Of a DNA stretch of 64,000 nucleotides, positions 52,837 through 64,000 are shown piece by piece. This stretch comes from Ophelia neglecta (lineage: Eukaryota). The translations under genes were made by a program, and so were the position numbers. Position 1 is the first letter of the stretch. Every line of letters begins with the position of its first letter. The stretch is taken from assembly GCA_965285935.1 (NCBI GenBank), contig OZ260667.1:63674001-63738000 (forward strand), read 5' to 3'. The notes beneath the pieces are model-generated. The model was not told where the DNA came from. It worked only from the letters and a program-made list of their open reading frames with translations, and ran no database searches.

Positions 52837-55800
52837 GCAGGAATGAAAATTCGCGCTATTACTGGTTTAACCCTATATGCCCTATGTATCTTACCTGCAC
52901 TCACGGCCTACTCTCACTCTCCTTTTTGCTATTCTCTTACTTGTATTCGAAAAGCTTACTTTTTTGAAAAAATTACTGGAGAAGAAGTTGTGTGATATGA
53001 ATTCACAATATAGTTATGAAAGGAGTTAAGGCCTTGTAAGTAACTCCTGCTCAAGTTTGTATACGTGACGTTAACTCCGCCATACTTGTGTAAAGGTAGT
53101 TGTCGGCGATTGATTCATTGTTTTAAGATGATATAGTAACATGGAATAATGGCAAAGCTAATTATTATAATAGAAAACTCTCTATACTAACTGTGCTTGA
53201 TGTTAAGTACCAATCAGTCGGGAGTAGTTAAACGCAGGGGATCCAGGGGAATGGAGGACACATGTCCTATTATTTCATTAAACTGGATCTATATGTAAGT
53301 AATCACACAAACAGGTACAATGTATTTATAGTGTTGTATAGTGTATGTACTTTGTATCGACAGGTCTGAAACAAGTGAGTCTAGACCTAGAATTGGTGTG
53401 AGCCAGAATGGCGTATTTTATTTATCATAATTATCACATAGTATAGTGATTGCAAGACATATTAAGTATAAGAACGAATGAGATCATCGTATACTTGTTG
53501 GATATCTCGTGTATCATTTGTAGTCATCATATTATAAGTAGAAATTCATATCAGTCTTTTTTGCCATATCCAGCCATCCGACAATGGTCAAAGCTCCACC
53601 AGGACTGGAGGTTATCATAGACTTGCGGTGTTTCCGGCGGATGGTGGGCGTATTGGCAGACCTTACACCAGGCCATGGACTTGGGGCTGGGAATGTCCCA
53701 CTCATTCTGCCGTATAACATATGATTTCTTCCATTGTAAATACTCCAAATAAGCCGTGTCGTTTTTATTAAGATATTCTAAATACTCAGCGAGCTTATTG
53801 ACATCCGGGTACTGTTGAATGTGGATAAACGAATGCGGTGGCGCCACCTTCAGGTACTGCTCTATCGGTGGTCCATCAACTACTGCTACTACTCCAGCGG
53901 CCAAAGAGTTCCAGAACTTCTCTGTGATATATTCATCACAATGAGCGTTCTCCAGAGCCATATAAAACTTGAAAGTTCTCCTCAAGGCCCCCGAACAAGC
54001 TTGATTCCGTCTGCAGGGATCTGGCTGGCCACACTTCCCATATATAGTGACCGTCAGCCGTGTAACACTTTTGAACTTGTTGATCCACATGAATCTGCTA
54101 TGGGCCAGTGTGTTTGGATTGTTACAGTTACTGGCCACCCACAACACATTGCCCGTCCTGAGGGACATGTCCATCCAGTCGTTATCCTGTTCCCCGGCCA
54201 TCTCGGAGGTCTTAGTTAGCATGAACCCGTATGGGAAATGAATATCAGACTTGCTCATATAAGTCATGGACAGATTGAACCTGTTAACCAACTGTCGGTA
54301 GCCGGCGCCTCTGGTCTTCATATGCATTTTACCACTCGTCACCAGAATCCGGCCATAGACAGGAGTCTCTTTTGACATAAAAACCCACAGTTGGTTTCTT
54401 GGTCGACTGAATATCATGGACAAATCATGAGATTGGCCCCAAGGAAGATGAAACATGACAATGTCGCTTTTATAGAAAAGTGATCGGTCTTTGGTTATAT
54501 GACATCGGTAAGGACAGAAGCTCTGGTTGATGTCTGGCTGTACATACGTCCGCACGAATGGCCAGTTTTCGAAGTTATACCAGTTATTCCAAGTCAGAAT
54601 GTACTTGTACTCGCTCTCCGGTGCTGCCGAGGAAGTAGAATTCACAGTCAGATATTTGAAATGTCCAGTGTTGACCAAAGTGGGTTGATAACTGTTGGTC
54701 CCATTTCGAAATATTGTCAAGTATAAAAATGTACTGACAATAAAACTAAGGACCACACAGAACTGAGTTGTTTGCCGGGAACATTCCAGATTGACCGTAC
54801 CAACCATTTCCACACGCCCAGGTCTGTATATCACTCACCCAAAGCCCATTTTTTTCTGACCCCAGGTCAATATTTCACTAGTCCTATGTCTGTTTTTTTT
54901 CTTCAGAAATACAGGTTTCTTCCGGGCCCTTAAGATCTGTAGGTGTATTATGGACGTTTTCATTCCTCTTGTACACTGCTGTGCGTCAAGCAAAGGACAT
55001 GGAAACAACCTGCATTGAGAACATTACAATTGTGTGTATTGCGGTATACACCTATGGATTTGATGGTGCTGTATGGCCCAGCGAGGGAGCAAAACATGTT
55101 AAATCGCCACTTATCCATGAGCCTCTAGCAAAATAAAGTTTACATTTTCAATGCCGATTTTTTTCTGCCTTAATATTTAGGCCATAGAAGTTGGTGCGGA
55201 TATTTGTTGTGAATATGTGATAAAAGGGCCCAATCGCCTTGATTTGACAAGATAAAGATATGAATAAATTTAGTTCCTTAACACCACATGGCGGACCAGG
55301 ATTAATCCCTTGGATATTTACATGGACCGCTTAATGAATTAATTTCACAAAGATTTAGTGATGCATTTCCGAATACTGATTGAAATTGGATCATTTACAA
55401 GAGATCTAGTTACACATTTGATAATGATGTTCATTAATTATTTATTTATTTCTATTCCAGTCTCAATATATGTTGCCAATCTTAAGCGCCAACTATTGCT
55501 AGCAACAAACTTGTCATTATTGTCTGCGATAGCTAGGACCTCAGATATTTGTCCCTGAACAATAACAGTTAGGTCAGACACGGAGGTGTATTACCTGACA
55601 TTTGTATACATTGATTAACATTGAGTATTCGGGCCATACCTCATGCCGAAAGTCCACCTACCTTAATTCTGAAATCGCTAACAACCATGCCTATCTTTAT
55701 CGCAAATATATCTCAGGAAGTTCACCTACTTTAATTCCGAAATCGCTATATAGTATACTCTTATGTGCATGTGTACTAGCGTTTACTTTGCCAGATCCAC

Positions 55801-57181
55801 CCCCATTGTCGGGCCGACTGTTGTCCCCCCCCCCCCCCCGCGACTGTGGGCCCTTCCCCCATTGTGGGCTCCCTGCGATGTCTAAGACCGTAGATACGTG
55901 GCATTGAACAATGACCGTTAGATATAACTTGAACTTGACAACCCTATTATACATTAGTGTACAAATTGTGGATCCGATCCATATGTCAGGAATGCCACGA
56001 CCCGAATTTGACAACCCTGTTAAAGGTTACTTTACAAAATTGAGGATCAGCGCCATATCTCAGGATGTTCACCTACCTTTATTCTGAATTTACTAGATTG
56101 TACGCTATTTTGTCTCAGACGGTGTACATGCCGGCCTTCCCGCCTGCCACACCAGGTAGCTAGTGTATCGGAGACTATGGCTGTACATACGGACCTCGAG
56201 ACAAGGACTGGTATAGTGTCGCTTACAATGGGCGGTCCATCTGGTGAAGCAAATATCTCAAGTCAATGGGGATTCAAAATAGTCACGTTCTGTTAGGTGA
56301 ACTAAGCGCAACCTCTACAGTACGTGGCCTGCAAGCCGAGGTTAGTAGCCACAGCCCAGTCTGTGGATGGCGCCCGTGGCAGCGAGAACGCTATCTTTGA
56401 ATTTAATTCTAAGTAAGTTCGTGTGTGTGCACGTGTTGCAAGACGTTGTAGCGGATAGGTGAAACAGTGAAACCTGCCTTACAGACCACCTCTATAATCA
56501 GAACACCTGTCAATTCAGACCACTGATATGAGGACCATGTTGATGCTTTCAATGTTTAATAACCTGTCTAAACGGACCTCCTCTGAAATCAGACCATTAT
56601 TTTATAGTTCCTTTGGTGGTCTTAATTCACAGGTTTCACTGTACAGTGAAACCTGCCTTAAAGACCACCTCTTTTATCAGACCACCTGTCAATTTAGACC
56701 ACTAAGACTAAGGCCTGTGCTATATACTTTCAATGTTAAATAACCTGTCTAAAAAGACCACCTTCAAAATCAGACCAGTTTTTTCCAGTCCTTTTGGTGG
56801 TCATAATTCAAAGATTTCACTGTCCTTATATTGTTTAATGTGTTGTTTGTAAATAGTATGGACGTCCATAAAGACAGGCCTATATGTACGGGAGTGTTCT
56901 TGTGTATGCTTGTGTGTGTAAATGCGACAATTGTATTTTTAGAATGTACATTATAAGTCAGTGATGATTTCAATAAATATTCAACCTAGACCTATAAAGA
57001 CTACAGTGAAACCTGCCTTAAAGACCACCTCTATAATCAGACCACTGGTCAATTCAGACCACTAATATGAGGACTGTTATGTACATTTTCAATGTTAAAT
57101 GACCTGTCTAAACAGACCACCTCTGAAATCAGACCAATATTTTCAAGTCCCTTGGGTGGTCTTAATTCACAGGTTCCATTG
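52837..57181. repeat. Segmental duplication copy B (paralogous to ~42474-47297)
   Basis: Co-linear with copy A but lacks the ~43004-43490 block. Confidence 0.9.
53551..54807 (-). CDS. Alpha-(1,3)-fucosyltransferase, GT10 family, copy B (single coding exon)
   Basis: Same length and motifs as copy A with an open frame (FKFYMALENAHCDEYITEKFW, WVASNC, DIVMFH). Confidence 0.93.
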   Translation of the reverse strand: MVGTVNLECSRQTTQFCVVLSFIVSTFLYLTIFRNGTNSYQPTLVNTGHFKYLTVNSTSSAAPESEYKYILTWNNWYNFENWPFVRTYVQPDINQSFCPYRCHITKDRSLFYKSDIVMFHLPWGQSHDLSMIFSRPRNQLWVFMSKETPVYGRILVTSGKMHMKTRGAGYRQLVNRFNLSMTYMSKSDIHFPYGFMLTKTSEMAGEQDNDWMDMSLRTGNVLWVASNCNNPNTLAHSRFMWINKFKSVTRLTVTIYGKCGQPDPCRRNQACSGALRRTFKFYMALENAHCDEYITEKFWNSLAAGVVAVVDGPPIEQYLKVAPPHSFIHIQQYPDVNKLAEYLEYLNKNDTAYLEYLQWKKSYVIRQNEWDIPSPKSMAWCKVCQYAHHPPETPQVYDNLQSWWSFDHCRMAGYGKKD

Positions 57182-57211
57182 TATATACAATGAAACCTGC
57201 CTTCAAAACCA
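56465..57211. mobile_element. Three Tc1/mariner-type MITEs (56465-56641, 56644-56822, 57004-57181) plus a truncated fourth (57188-57211)
   Basis: Same arrangement as 46579-47297, followed by caatgaaacctgccttcaaaacca. Confidence 0.88.
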
Positions 57212-57223
57212 TAGACTTTGAAA

Positions 57224-57974
57224 ATGGCACGCAGACATCCTAAAACATATCGACTTATTGATATAACTGACCACGACATTAACATACCTCGACCAAATAG
57301 TGTAATACCTTATCAAACACTTACAAAAGAAGACTTTAGAGAATTCACTGACAAATTAGACTACACACCAAAATTTATGCGAGATCTCGATCTCGATGCG
57401 GCTAAAAGATACGATGAGGTTAAAAAGAGAATTGTGATGAATCCAACTTTGTCAGATGCGGATAAAAATTTCTTGTTTAATCAAGCAGATTATAACTTTG
57501 GGTTATTCAAGACTAAGGCACAGGGTAACATAGCTAATACTCCGGGGATTTCAACTGTCGGGAAAGAGAAAAATCGTACAGACTTATTGGCAGTTTTGAA
57601 TAAGAAACAGAGGATAAGACATGAAAACTTATTAGATGAAATAAAGCGGGCAGGAATAGATTGGAACGATAGAGGTTAAATCATTAACCCTCAAATTGGA
57701 AAAACCCATCCCGAATTCTAGCTTGACAGAAATAATCCGATTTCACATGTTAGCCAACAAAAGAGGTACAACAACTCCAAGAGGATTAGAGGTTGTAATT
57801 GGTAAAATAGGGAAGAAGAAAAAAACAAATCGTATTGAAGATTTAGGAGAAGTTCGCGTGGCACGAGCATTAGAAGACAGATTGTTAGATCAAGCAGCAG
57901 CAGCATCCACATCTGGCAAGGACAAGAAGAGGAAAAAACGAGGCAAAGCAAAGAGTCTAGCTGATCTATTATGA
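57224..57974 (+). pseudogene. Maverick accessory ORF upstream of the integrase (one internal stop)
   Basis: ORFs 57218..57679 and 57696..57974 join around IDWNDRG*..GKPIPNSSLTEII..TPRG, a pattern I associate with Maverick accessory proteins; basic C-terminal tail. Confidence 0.55.
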
Positions 57975-57978
57975 TAAA

Positions 57979-59100
57979 ATGCCTCCCAGGAAAAACATAT
58001 ATGTTTCATTTGAAAGGAGATTGAAAAATACATTTTCCAACCCTGCAAGTGCAGGTAGTTTTGGGGGAGTGGATTCTGTTTTTAGAGCGGTCAACTCAGA
58101 TGGAAATAAAAAACATATTTCTCGAGCAAGAGTAAAGAAGTGGCTTTCGGCACGTGACGCATACACTCTTCATAAACCAGCAAGGCGTAAATTCCAAAGA
58201 CGCAAAGTCATTGTTGGAGGAATAAATCAACAATTTTAGGCTGACTTGGTTGATATGAGCTCTGTTGCCAAGAGTAATGACAATAATACATTTATTTTAA
58301 CAGTTATAGACGTCTTGTCTAAATACGCTTTTGTCAAGCCTTTGCTAAACAAAAAAGGAGTGACTGTAACTAAGGCATTCGAGAAAATAATAGACGAAAA
58401 CCTAAATCGAAAGCCCCTCTCTATTCAAACATACAAAGGTTTTGAATTCAATAATTCGACCTTTCATTTGTGGTTGAAAAGAAACAATATCAGCCATTTC
58501 ACGACGCAGGACGAAATTACTAAGGCATCCATTGTTAAAAGATTTAACCATACTCTTAAAAATAAAATGTTTAGAATGTTTGAATCTAAAGCTAATGTTA
58601 GATGGATAGATGATATTCAAAACCTAGTAGATAGCTACAATAATAGTTATCATTCAACATTAAAAATGGCTCCTTCCAATGTCAACAAAAACAATCAACA
58701 TGTGATTTTAGACAGATTATACCCGCCTATTTACAGACTCAGCAAACCTCATTTATACGGCCTGAAGATAGGTGATCAAGTGAGGCTTTTATTTAAAAAC
58801 AGTGTGTTTAGGAAAGGATATTCATAAAATTGGACTAGGGAATTGTTTTAAGTCTCGAACATTAAAACAGATGCACAAGGCATACCGTATTTTATGGTAA
58901 AAGACGTAAAAGGTGAACCCATTCAAGGTACGTTCTATAGAGAAGAAATTCAAAAGACTGAAAAACCGAATTTTTATGCGATTGAAAAGATAATTAAATC
59001 AGAAGGAGATAATCATTATGTTCGATGGTTAGGTTATTCACATCACTTTGACAGTTGGGTGCATGATAGAGCACTGAGAATTTTCAAAAAACACAACATT
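57979..59100 (+). pseudogene. Maverick-type retroviral-like integrase with C-terminal chromodomain (inactivated)
   Basis: YTLHKPARRKF, (Q)ADLVDM, ILTVIDVLSKYAF, YNNSYHSTLKMAP, IGDQVR, chromodomain YAIEKII..YVRWLGY..FDSWV. Stops at 58237 and 58825; catalytic QTD is QTY and VERFN is VKRFN. Confidence 0.92.
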
Positions 59101-59393
59101 AATCTGTATTGTATAATAATAAAAATAGTGCGTTATATCTACATCATTGGAGTTATTGCATTAATTACCAAGGCATTGGGGGAAAGGTGAGGTATATAAA
59201 TATACAGTAAAGAGATACCTACAGTCAGTGCGCTTCCTGTTGCAACTGAGAGTATTACTTTATTCATCTTATAAATGGACAACATAAACTATGTAAAAGC
59301 ACAGAGCGGAACATAGGTATATTTAATACGTTTCCTATTGCCACTCAACGTTCAAAGGTTTCTTCACAAGAAGACTGATTCGGAATAAGAAAT

Positions 59394-61278
59394 ATGAGTA
59401 AGGAAAGTTTTAACGTCATTGTAAAATCTAACGCTTCAGGCACAAGATTTCCGGATAACAGAATATCACACTTTTATAACGAACTAGCAGCAAATATACA
59501 TCTTGAAGGTGACTGGGAAGTAGGATTGAGTTCGGTGGCTTACCCTAAATCATGGACAAATATTCCTGATGATAAAGGGACAGCTATTCAATTAATTCCT
59601 AACATAAAGTACAAACTACACGTTTCTGGACATACTTGGCAACCTGATTACGATTCATATTCAATTGTTTGTGAAAGACGATGGCCATCCGGATCGTATA
59701 CTACTGCTGCGTCTGTTATAGAGACAATGTACATGGTCGGTTCCAAGATCGCAATTGCACGACATCCTGAATTTCCTGCAGACAAATTTTTATCTATAAG
59801 TCTTACTGATGTCTTCACAATGGATTACGATAAGAATAAATCTAAATTCGCCTACAAAATGAAAAAAAAACTATAATATTCCTAGAAGCTTTCATTTTAA
59901 CAGTTTGCTGATTGTTATCCCTCTAAGAAACACCTACGATAAGGAGTATGAAAGTGCTGTGCTTTTAGGAGAACTGTTGGGCTTTGAACGAAAGGATGAT
60001 AGATATTAATTCAGGGTTAGGAGAAGGGAAGAACTTAGTCCAAATGTATGTCTGTTGAAACATGATATCGATAATTTATTGTTAGAATGCTCTGGCATTG
60101 TCACTCCGTGGTCAGTAGGGGATCGATATAGACCTCTCCTAGCTGTAGTACCAGCAAAAATGGGTAGTGATGGAGATTATATACATCAAGTTATTAAGTC
60201 ACCTATGTTCACACCGGTTCTTGCCTAATTTTTTACCCAAGTAGAGCTCAAGGTGCACGACAGAAAAAATCGAAGAATACCTTTCGGACATTATTCTGGG
60301 CCTTTTGTGGCAAATTTAATATTTAGACAAGTTTCCCAACACGATATACCTAGATCACTGTCTGCTAAAGAACTTTACATATATCTACTCTCCGATTCGA
60401 GTACTCTTCACTACCCAAAATATACAAAAACTAATTTCACCAACGTTCTATATAATCAAATGGTACTTGCAGGACTTTGGAAAGTGGCTATAGCTAGTAT
60501 TGGTTATCAACAATCTTGGTTACATTTAAAGAAAAACCATACAATACTTATCAAAATATATACAGAACATGCTGATTTCACCCCTGCGTCTGAACCGAAA
60601 ACAAACACAGTAATAATATCTAAAGGACAATATTATGACACGAATTCAGTTGAACAACAATGGAATCAATCAAAGGTTAGCATTTTTCAGGAAACTGACT
60701 TAGGAAAACCACTACAAGAGAATACAGTGAGTCTAGGAAGTTTAGTGAAAATGAGATACTTAGAGGGTTCAAGAAGGTTTTGTTTAGCTATTGTAGGCGA
60801 TCCTACATTCAGAGTCAGTAAAGTTGATATTAATTTCAATCTGTACTCTGAAAAAGGTGTTTTGGAAAAAAGACAGTTTAGAAGTTATGGATCTGTTAGG
60901 TATTTATAACTACGCCGATTATGAAAAGCCTATTAATCAAATTACAGTTCAATCAATGGTCAATCCAATTTACATTATCGACGCACCACCAGATGTGCAA
61001 GATAATACTTACAATATATTGATTACATGTGAAATTTAGTTGAACCTATGTTGGTGGGAGACGACTTTAGGTCATTAATGAACGGAGTGCCTATTAAATC
61101 CTGAGAAAATTCCTATATACATTACTCTTTTAAACATAGGCAATACAGGAAAGTTCTTCAGAAAACAATTGATGAAATAAGGGTGAAAATTGTAGACGGC
61201 TCTGGTAATACTATTGACGTTGAAGGAGAGAAACCTACACGGATAGCTCTACATTTTAAACAAGAAGGACAAATATGA
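59394..61278 (+). pseudogene. Two fused minor capsid (penton-like) domains, disrupted
   Basis: Domain 1: KSNASGTRFPDNRISHF..LEGDWEVGLSSVAYPKSWTN ... LLGF ... VGDRYRPLL ... IPFGHYSGPFVANLIFR. It continues in frame into domain 2: LLSDSSTLHYPKYTKTNF..LAGLWKVAIASIGY ... VGDDFRSLM ... IALHFK. Several stops and frameshifts. Confidence 0.8.
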
Positions 61279-61285
61279 GGTAAAG

Positions 61286-61735
61286 ATGAATGTTACAAAT
61301 ATTACTTTAACCAATTCTCACGGAGAGTCGCCCTCTCATTTCACCGTCAATTTCCAGGACGGACTAGATTTAAAAGTAGGAGAATGGTTCGTAGCCCTAA
61401 CTACAGCATCATTTTCTTTCAAATTAATTCCACAAACAATGATAATAGTGTTAGATATTATCAAACCACTTCAGTTTGGAGACAGTTTACGCCCTATACT
61501 TAGGAACGTAGAATTTACAAATAAGGAGAAGGGAGCTGATATAGAACTTTACGATTCGGAACTGGTATATGTTAAGACCTTTGCCGATAATTACGAACAT
61601 ATTTCTGTGACAATAAGAGATATTAAAGGCCACATCCTTGAAATAAACCCTGATACAACACACTCAACAAATCTAACTTTTAGGCTGAAACAAAAACCAC
61701 TCTTTCACGAGGAAAATAATTTAGAATGGACCTAA
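61286..61735 (+). CDS. Third, minimal penton-like protein (149 aa)
   Basis: SPSHFTVNF..LDL..GEWFVAL followed almost directly by DIIKPLQFGDSLRPILRNV..ISVTIRDIKG..LTFRLK: both halves of the penton motif with no central insertion. Confidence 0.7.
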   Translation: MNVTNITLTNSHGESPSHFTVNFQDGLDLKVGEWFVALTTASFSFKLIPQTMIIVLDIIKPLQFGDSLRPILRNVEFTNKEKGADIELYDSELVYVKTFADNYEHISVTIRDIKGHILEINPDTTHSTNLTFRLKQKPLFHEENNLEWT

Positions 61736-61777
61736 AAAACAACAAACCGGCTTGAGAGTGTTTGGTGTTAAGTCGTA

Positions 61778-62134
61778 ATGGAATTAGAGGAAACACACCA
61801 GGAGACAGAAACGGCTTACATCGGGAATGACAAAACCGATGACATAAACAATTTACTCTTGATGAATGATAACGACGGAATTGAACACGGAGAGTGGGAA
61901 TGGAGTAGCAGAGATCCTAAAAGGAATTTATGGGTTTTCATACTCCAATTTCTAGTCATATACGGAATGCTAGCAGCCGTTACAGTTACAAGTCTGATAA
62001 ATTTGTCTACCAAATCAGATGGACGTGAAATATGGGTTGGCCTCCTCAGTTGGGTGATCGGAATTATTTGCCCTACCCCAACACAAATGAAACAACTAAA
62101 CCACGCGAACGCTGGAGTGAAACACAAACAATAA
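61778..62134 (+). CDS. Small two-TM membrane protein of the Maverick segment
   Basis: Acidic N-terminus, then LWVFILQFLVIYGMLAAVTVTSLINLS and IWVGLLSWVIGIICPTP. Confidence 0.6.
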   Translation: MELEETHQETETAYIGNDKTDDINNLLLMNDNDGIEHGEWEWSSRDPKRNLWVFILQFLVIYGMLAAVTVTSLINLSTKSDGREIWVGLLSWVIGIICPTPTQMKQLNHANAGVKHKQ

Positions 62135-62149
62135 TAGAACAATAGCTGT

Positions 62150-62607
62150 TAAAACAATCGATCAAGTAAAACCTTTGTCAAATCATCAAATTGTAAGAAA
62201 AGTGAAGAGACTGACTAAGCGATTTAGGGGCGTGTATGACATGGATTCTTTACCCAAGAAAAAACTATAAATTACCTTGGGCAATAATTGTTAACACAGA
62301 GCTGGATGACAATGAAAATGGAGGACATTGGATTGTTATGGTATTCGATATTTTTGGACTTGGCCATTACTACGATTCTTATGGAAAACCACTCCTTTAT
62401 AAAAGGTGGAAAAGATTTTTAGACAAAAATAGTCCCAACGGATGGAGCTATGTAAGAACTATATCTCAAAGATTTAATACAGCTACTTGCGGTTATTTAT
62501 GTATTGATTATATCAGACAAAGACTTGCAAAACCTTTAGTTAGTGATAAGTCTATTGTTAGTGATCTAGAAGGAATGAAATCATATAGAAAATATTTAAG
62601 ATATTAG
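62150..62607 (+). pseudogene. Adenovirus-type cysteine (maturation) protease, one frameshift
   Basis: FRGVYDMDSLP in one frame, then IIVNTE..GGHWIV..YYDSYG..Q..TATCGYLC with catalytic H, D, Q and C; frameshift near the A-run at ~62258. Confidence 0.85.
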
Positions 62608-62949
62608 ATATATGTGGTGTAATATTACGAAAACAATAAATCGTTTAAATAACACATACAAATTGTGCTTTTTATTGATAACACAAGCATAGTTTTTTAC
62701 ACATACAACTTTTTTAGATGGTTATATTGTACTAAATTCGTGTACTACAAAAGTAAAACAATAGACTCGACAGTTGGTCTGGAGTGAATTACAGAATATG
62801 TGAACAAAATTATTCATTGATCATACAAACACAGGACTAACGACAATGAGCACAAACTACTGATTTTCCAATATTACTAGCAATATGAAAATGTTACTTT
62901 TATATAGCAGATAATTACATCAACCTATTAGCTGTGTCGGACGCAAAAG

Positions 62950-63252
62950 TCAAGCTACAAAAACTATGCAACCATAACCTATTATACGAATGGAAAGAGA
63001 CATGCTGAAACAAGTTTCACTTACTGTTGTATGAGAGTAGCCTGAACTATCAAATATGCTTTCTATATCTAATTGAACATTCTCCAGACCTCTTTTGACC
63101 GAGGTAGTTAGCCTATGCAACTGATTCAAACTGTCACCTCCCTCAAAAGGCTTTGATACGCAGTTAGTGGATTGAAGTTTTTCCACTATAATAACAAGCA
63201 TACTGGATATTTTAGTGCCTAGGCACAGAATATCTTCAGTCACCTCTTCCAT
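62950..63252 (-). CDS. Hypothetical 100-aa ORF convergent on the protease, possibly part of the Maverick segment
   Basis: ATG-initiated ORF; opposed AATAAA (~62635) and TTTATT (~62671) lie between it and the protease. No recognised motif. Confidence 0.25.
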   Translation of the reverse strand: MEEVTEDILCLGTKISSMLVIIVEKLQSTNCVSKPFEGGDSLNQLHRLTTSVKRGLENVQLDIESIFDSSGYSHTTVSETCFSMSLSIRIIGYGCIVFVA

Positions 63253-63419
63253 AGCTATCTTATCTCTATGAGTCTAAGAGGCCATGGTCTGTCTTTCTAA
63301 AACTTTTATAATGTAATGAAAACTTTTTATACTGCTTCAGAAGATGAAATCAGTCCGTTTAAATAGAAAACAGAATTCAACGACTTCCAACACTTATTTC
63401 GCCCAACTACGGCTTTCAC

Positions 63420-64000
63420 TATAAATTTCTTGGTATTTGGTATTTGGTTTGACCAGCACCTAAATTGGCAAACAAATACAGATATTAAATGCAAAAAGCT
63501 TGCTCAACTTAACGGTATTCTAAATCGACTCAAATTCCAGCTCCCAGGTGATGTCCTAAAAATTATTTATTCTGCCTTGATTCAACCACACCTTACATGT
63601 GGCCTTCTGGTGTGGCACAATGACTATTCATCTAACACAAACCGATTATCGTCTTTGCAAAAGAGGTCCATGCGTATCATCGATAAGGCACATTTCATTT
63701 CTCATACCGACCCTATTTTTAAAAGACTTCGCATCCTTAAACTTGAAGACTTGTTTATAAAACAGTGTGTTTCCCTGTACAATAAGGCCTTGGTTGGTGA
63801 CTGCCCCAGGTTTCTTGTCCAGCGTCTAGTGACCAATGCGACTTCTCACAGGTATAACACTAGGAACAGAACTGGTATTGAATTGCCAAACATGAGAACG
63901 AATGTTCTGCGACAGTGTATTTCCTATAAAATACACCTTGTGAATAGTTTCATCACTGCTAAGAAGTGGTGCAACAAAAACATAACTGAACTTAAAAAGG
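63420..64000 (+). mobile_element. 5'-truncated L2/Crack-type LINE, C-terminal part of ORF2
   Basis: KFLGIW..FDQHLNW..GILNRLK..LKIIYSALIQPHL..LQKRSMRII..HTDPIFKRLRILKLEDL..HRYNTR; runs off the window. Confidence 0.85.

Larger units (their letters stand above)
57212..62650 (+). mobile_element. Decayed Maverick/Polinton (adintovirus-like) endogenous element segment
   Basis: Tightly packed, intronless, co-oriented ORFs: accessory ORF, rve integrase-chromodomain, penton-like proteins, small TM protein and adenoviral-type cysteine protease. No pPolB, ATPase, major capsid or TIR in the window. Confidence 0.88.

Noticed and set aside
57212-62650. Complete, active Maverick element
   Set aside because: No polymerase, ATPase, major capsid or TIRs are visible, and the integrase has stops and two mutated catalytic residues.

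Overview
AT-rich, intron-containing animal genomic DNA, probably a marine invertebrate (inferred from gene families and repeats). It is not prokaryotic, and no rRNA, tRNA or CRISPR array was seen. Main contents: (1) Two tandem paralogous six-exon genes (+ strand, ~9.1-17.8 kb and ~33.2-39.7 kb) that fuse 11-12 ankyrin repeats to a NEURL4-type ADP-ribosyltransferase (ART) domain with an intact H-Y-E triad. Copy 1 has one nonsense codon; copy 2 splices to an open 694-aa frame. The ankyrin repeats keep a near-constant scaffold but vary at predicted binding positions, suggesting a diversifying sensor-effector family. This is the best candidate for an undescribed system. (2) A duplicated block with two intronless GT10 alpha-1,3-fucosyltransferases flanking an unclassified type II membrane glycosyltransferase-like gene. 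(3) A decayed Maverick/Polinton (adintovirus-like) segment with integrase-chromodomain, three tandem penton-like domains (two apparently fused), a small membrane protein and an adenain-type protease. (4) Three decayed LINEs, one interrupted by a 1.9 kb orphan insert with an 8-bp target duplication. (5) GH3/GHDC-like and possible GPCR remnants, several MITE families and minisatellites.
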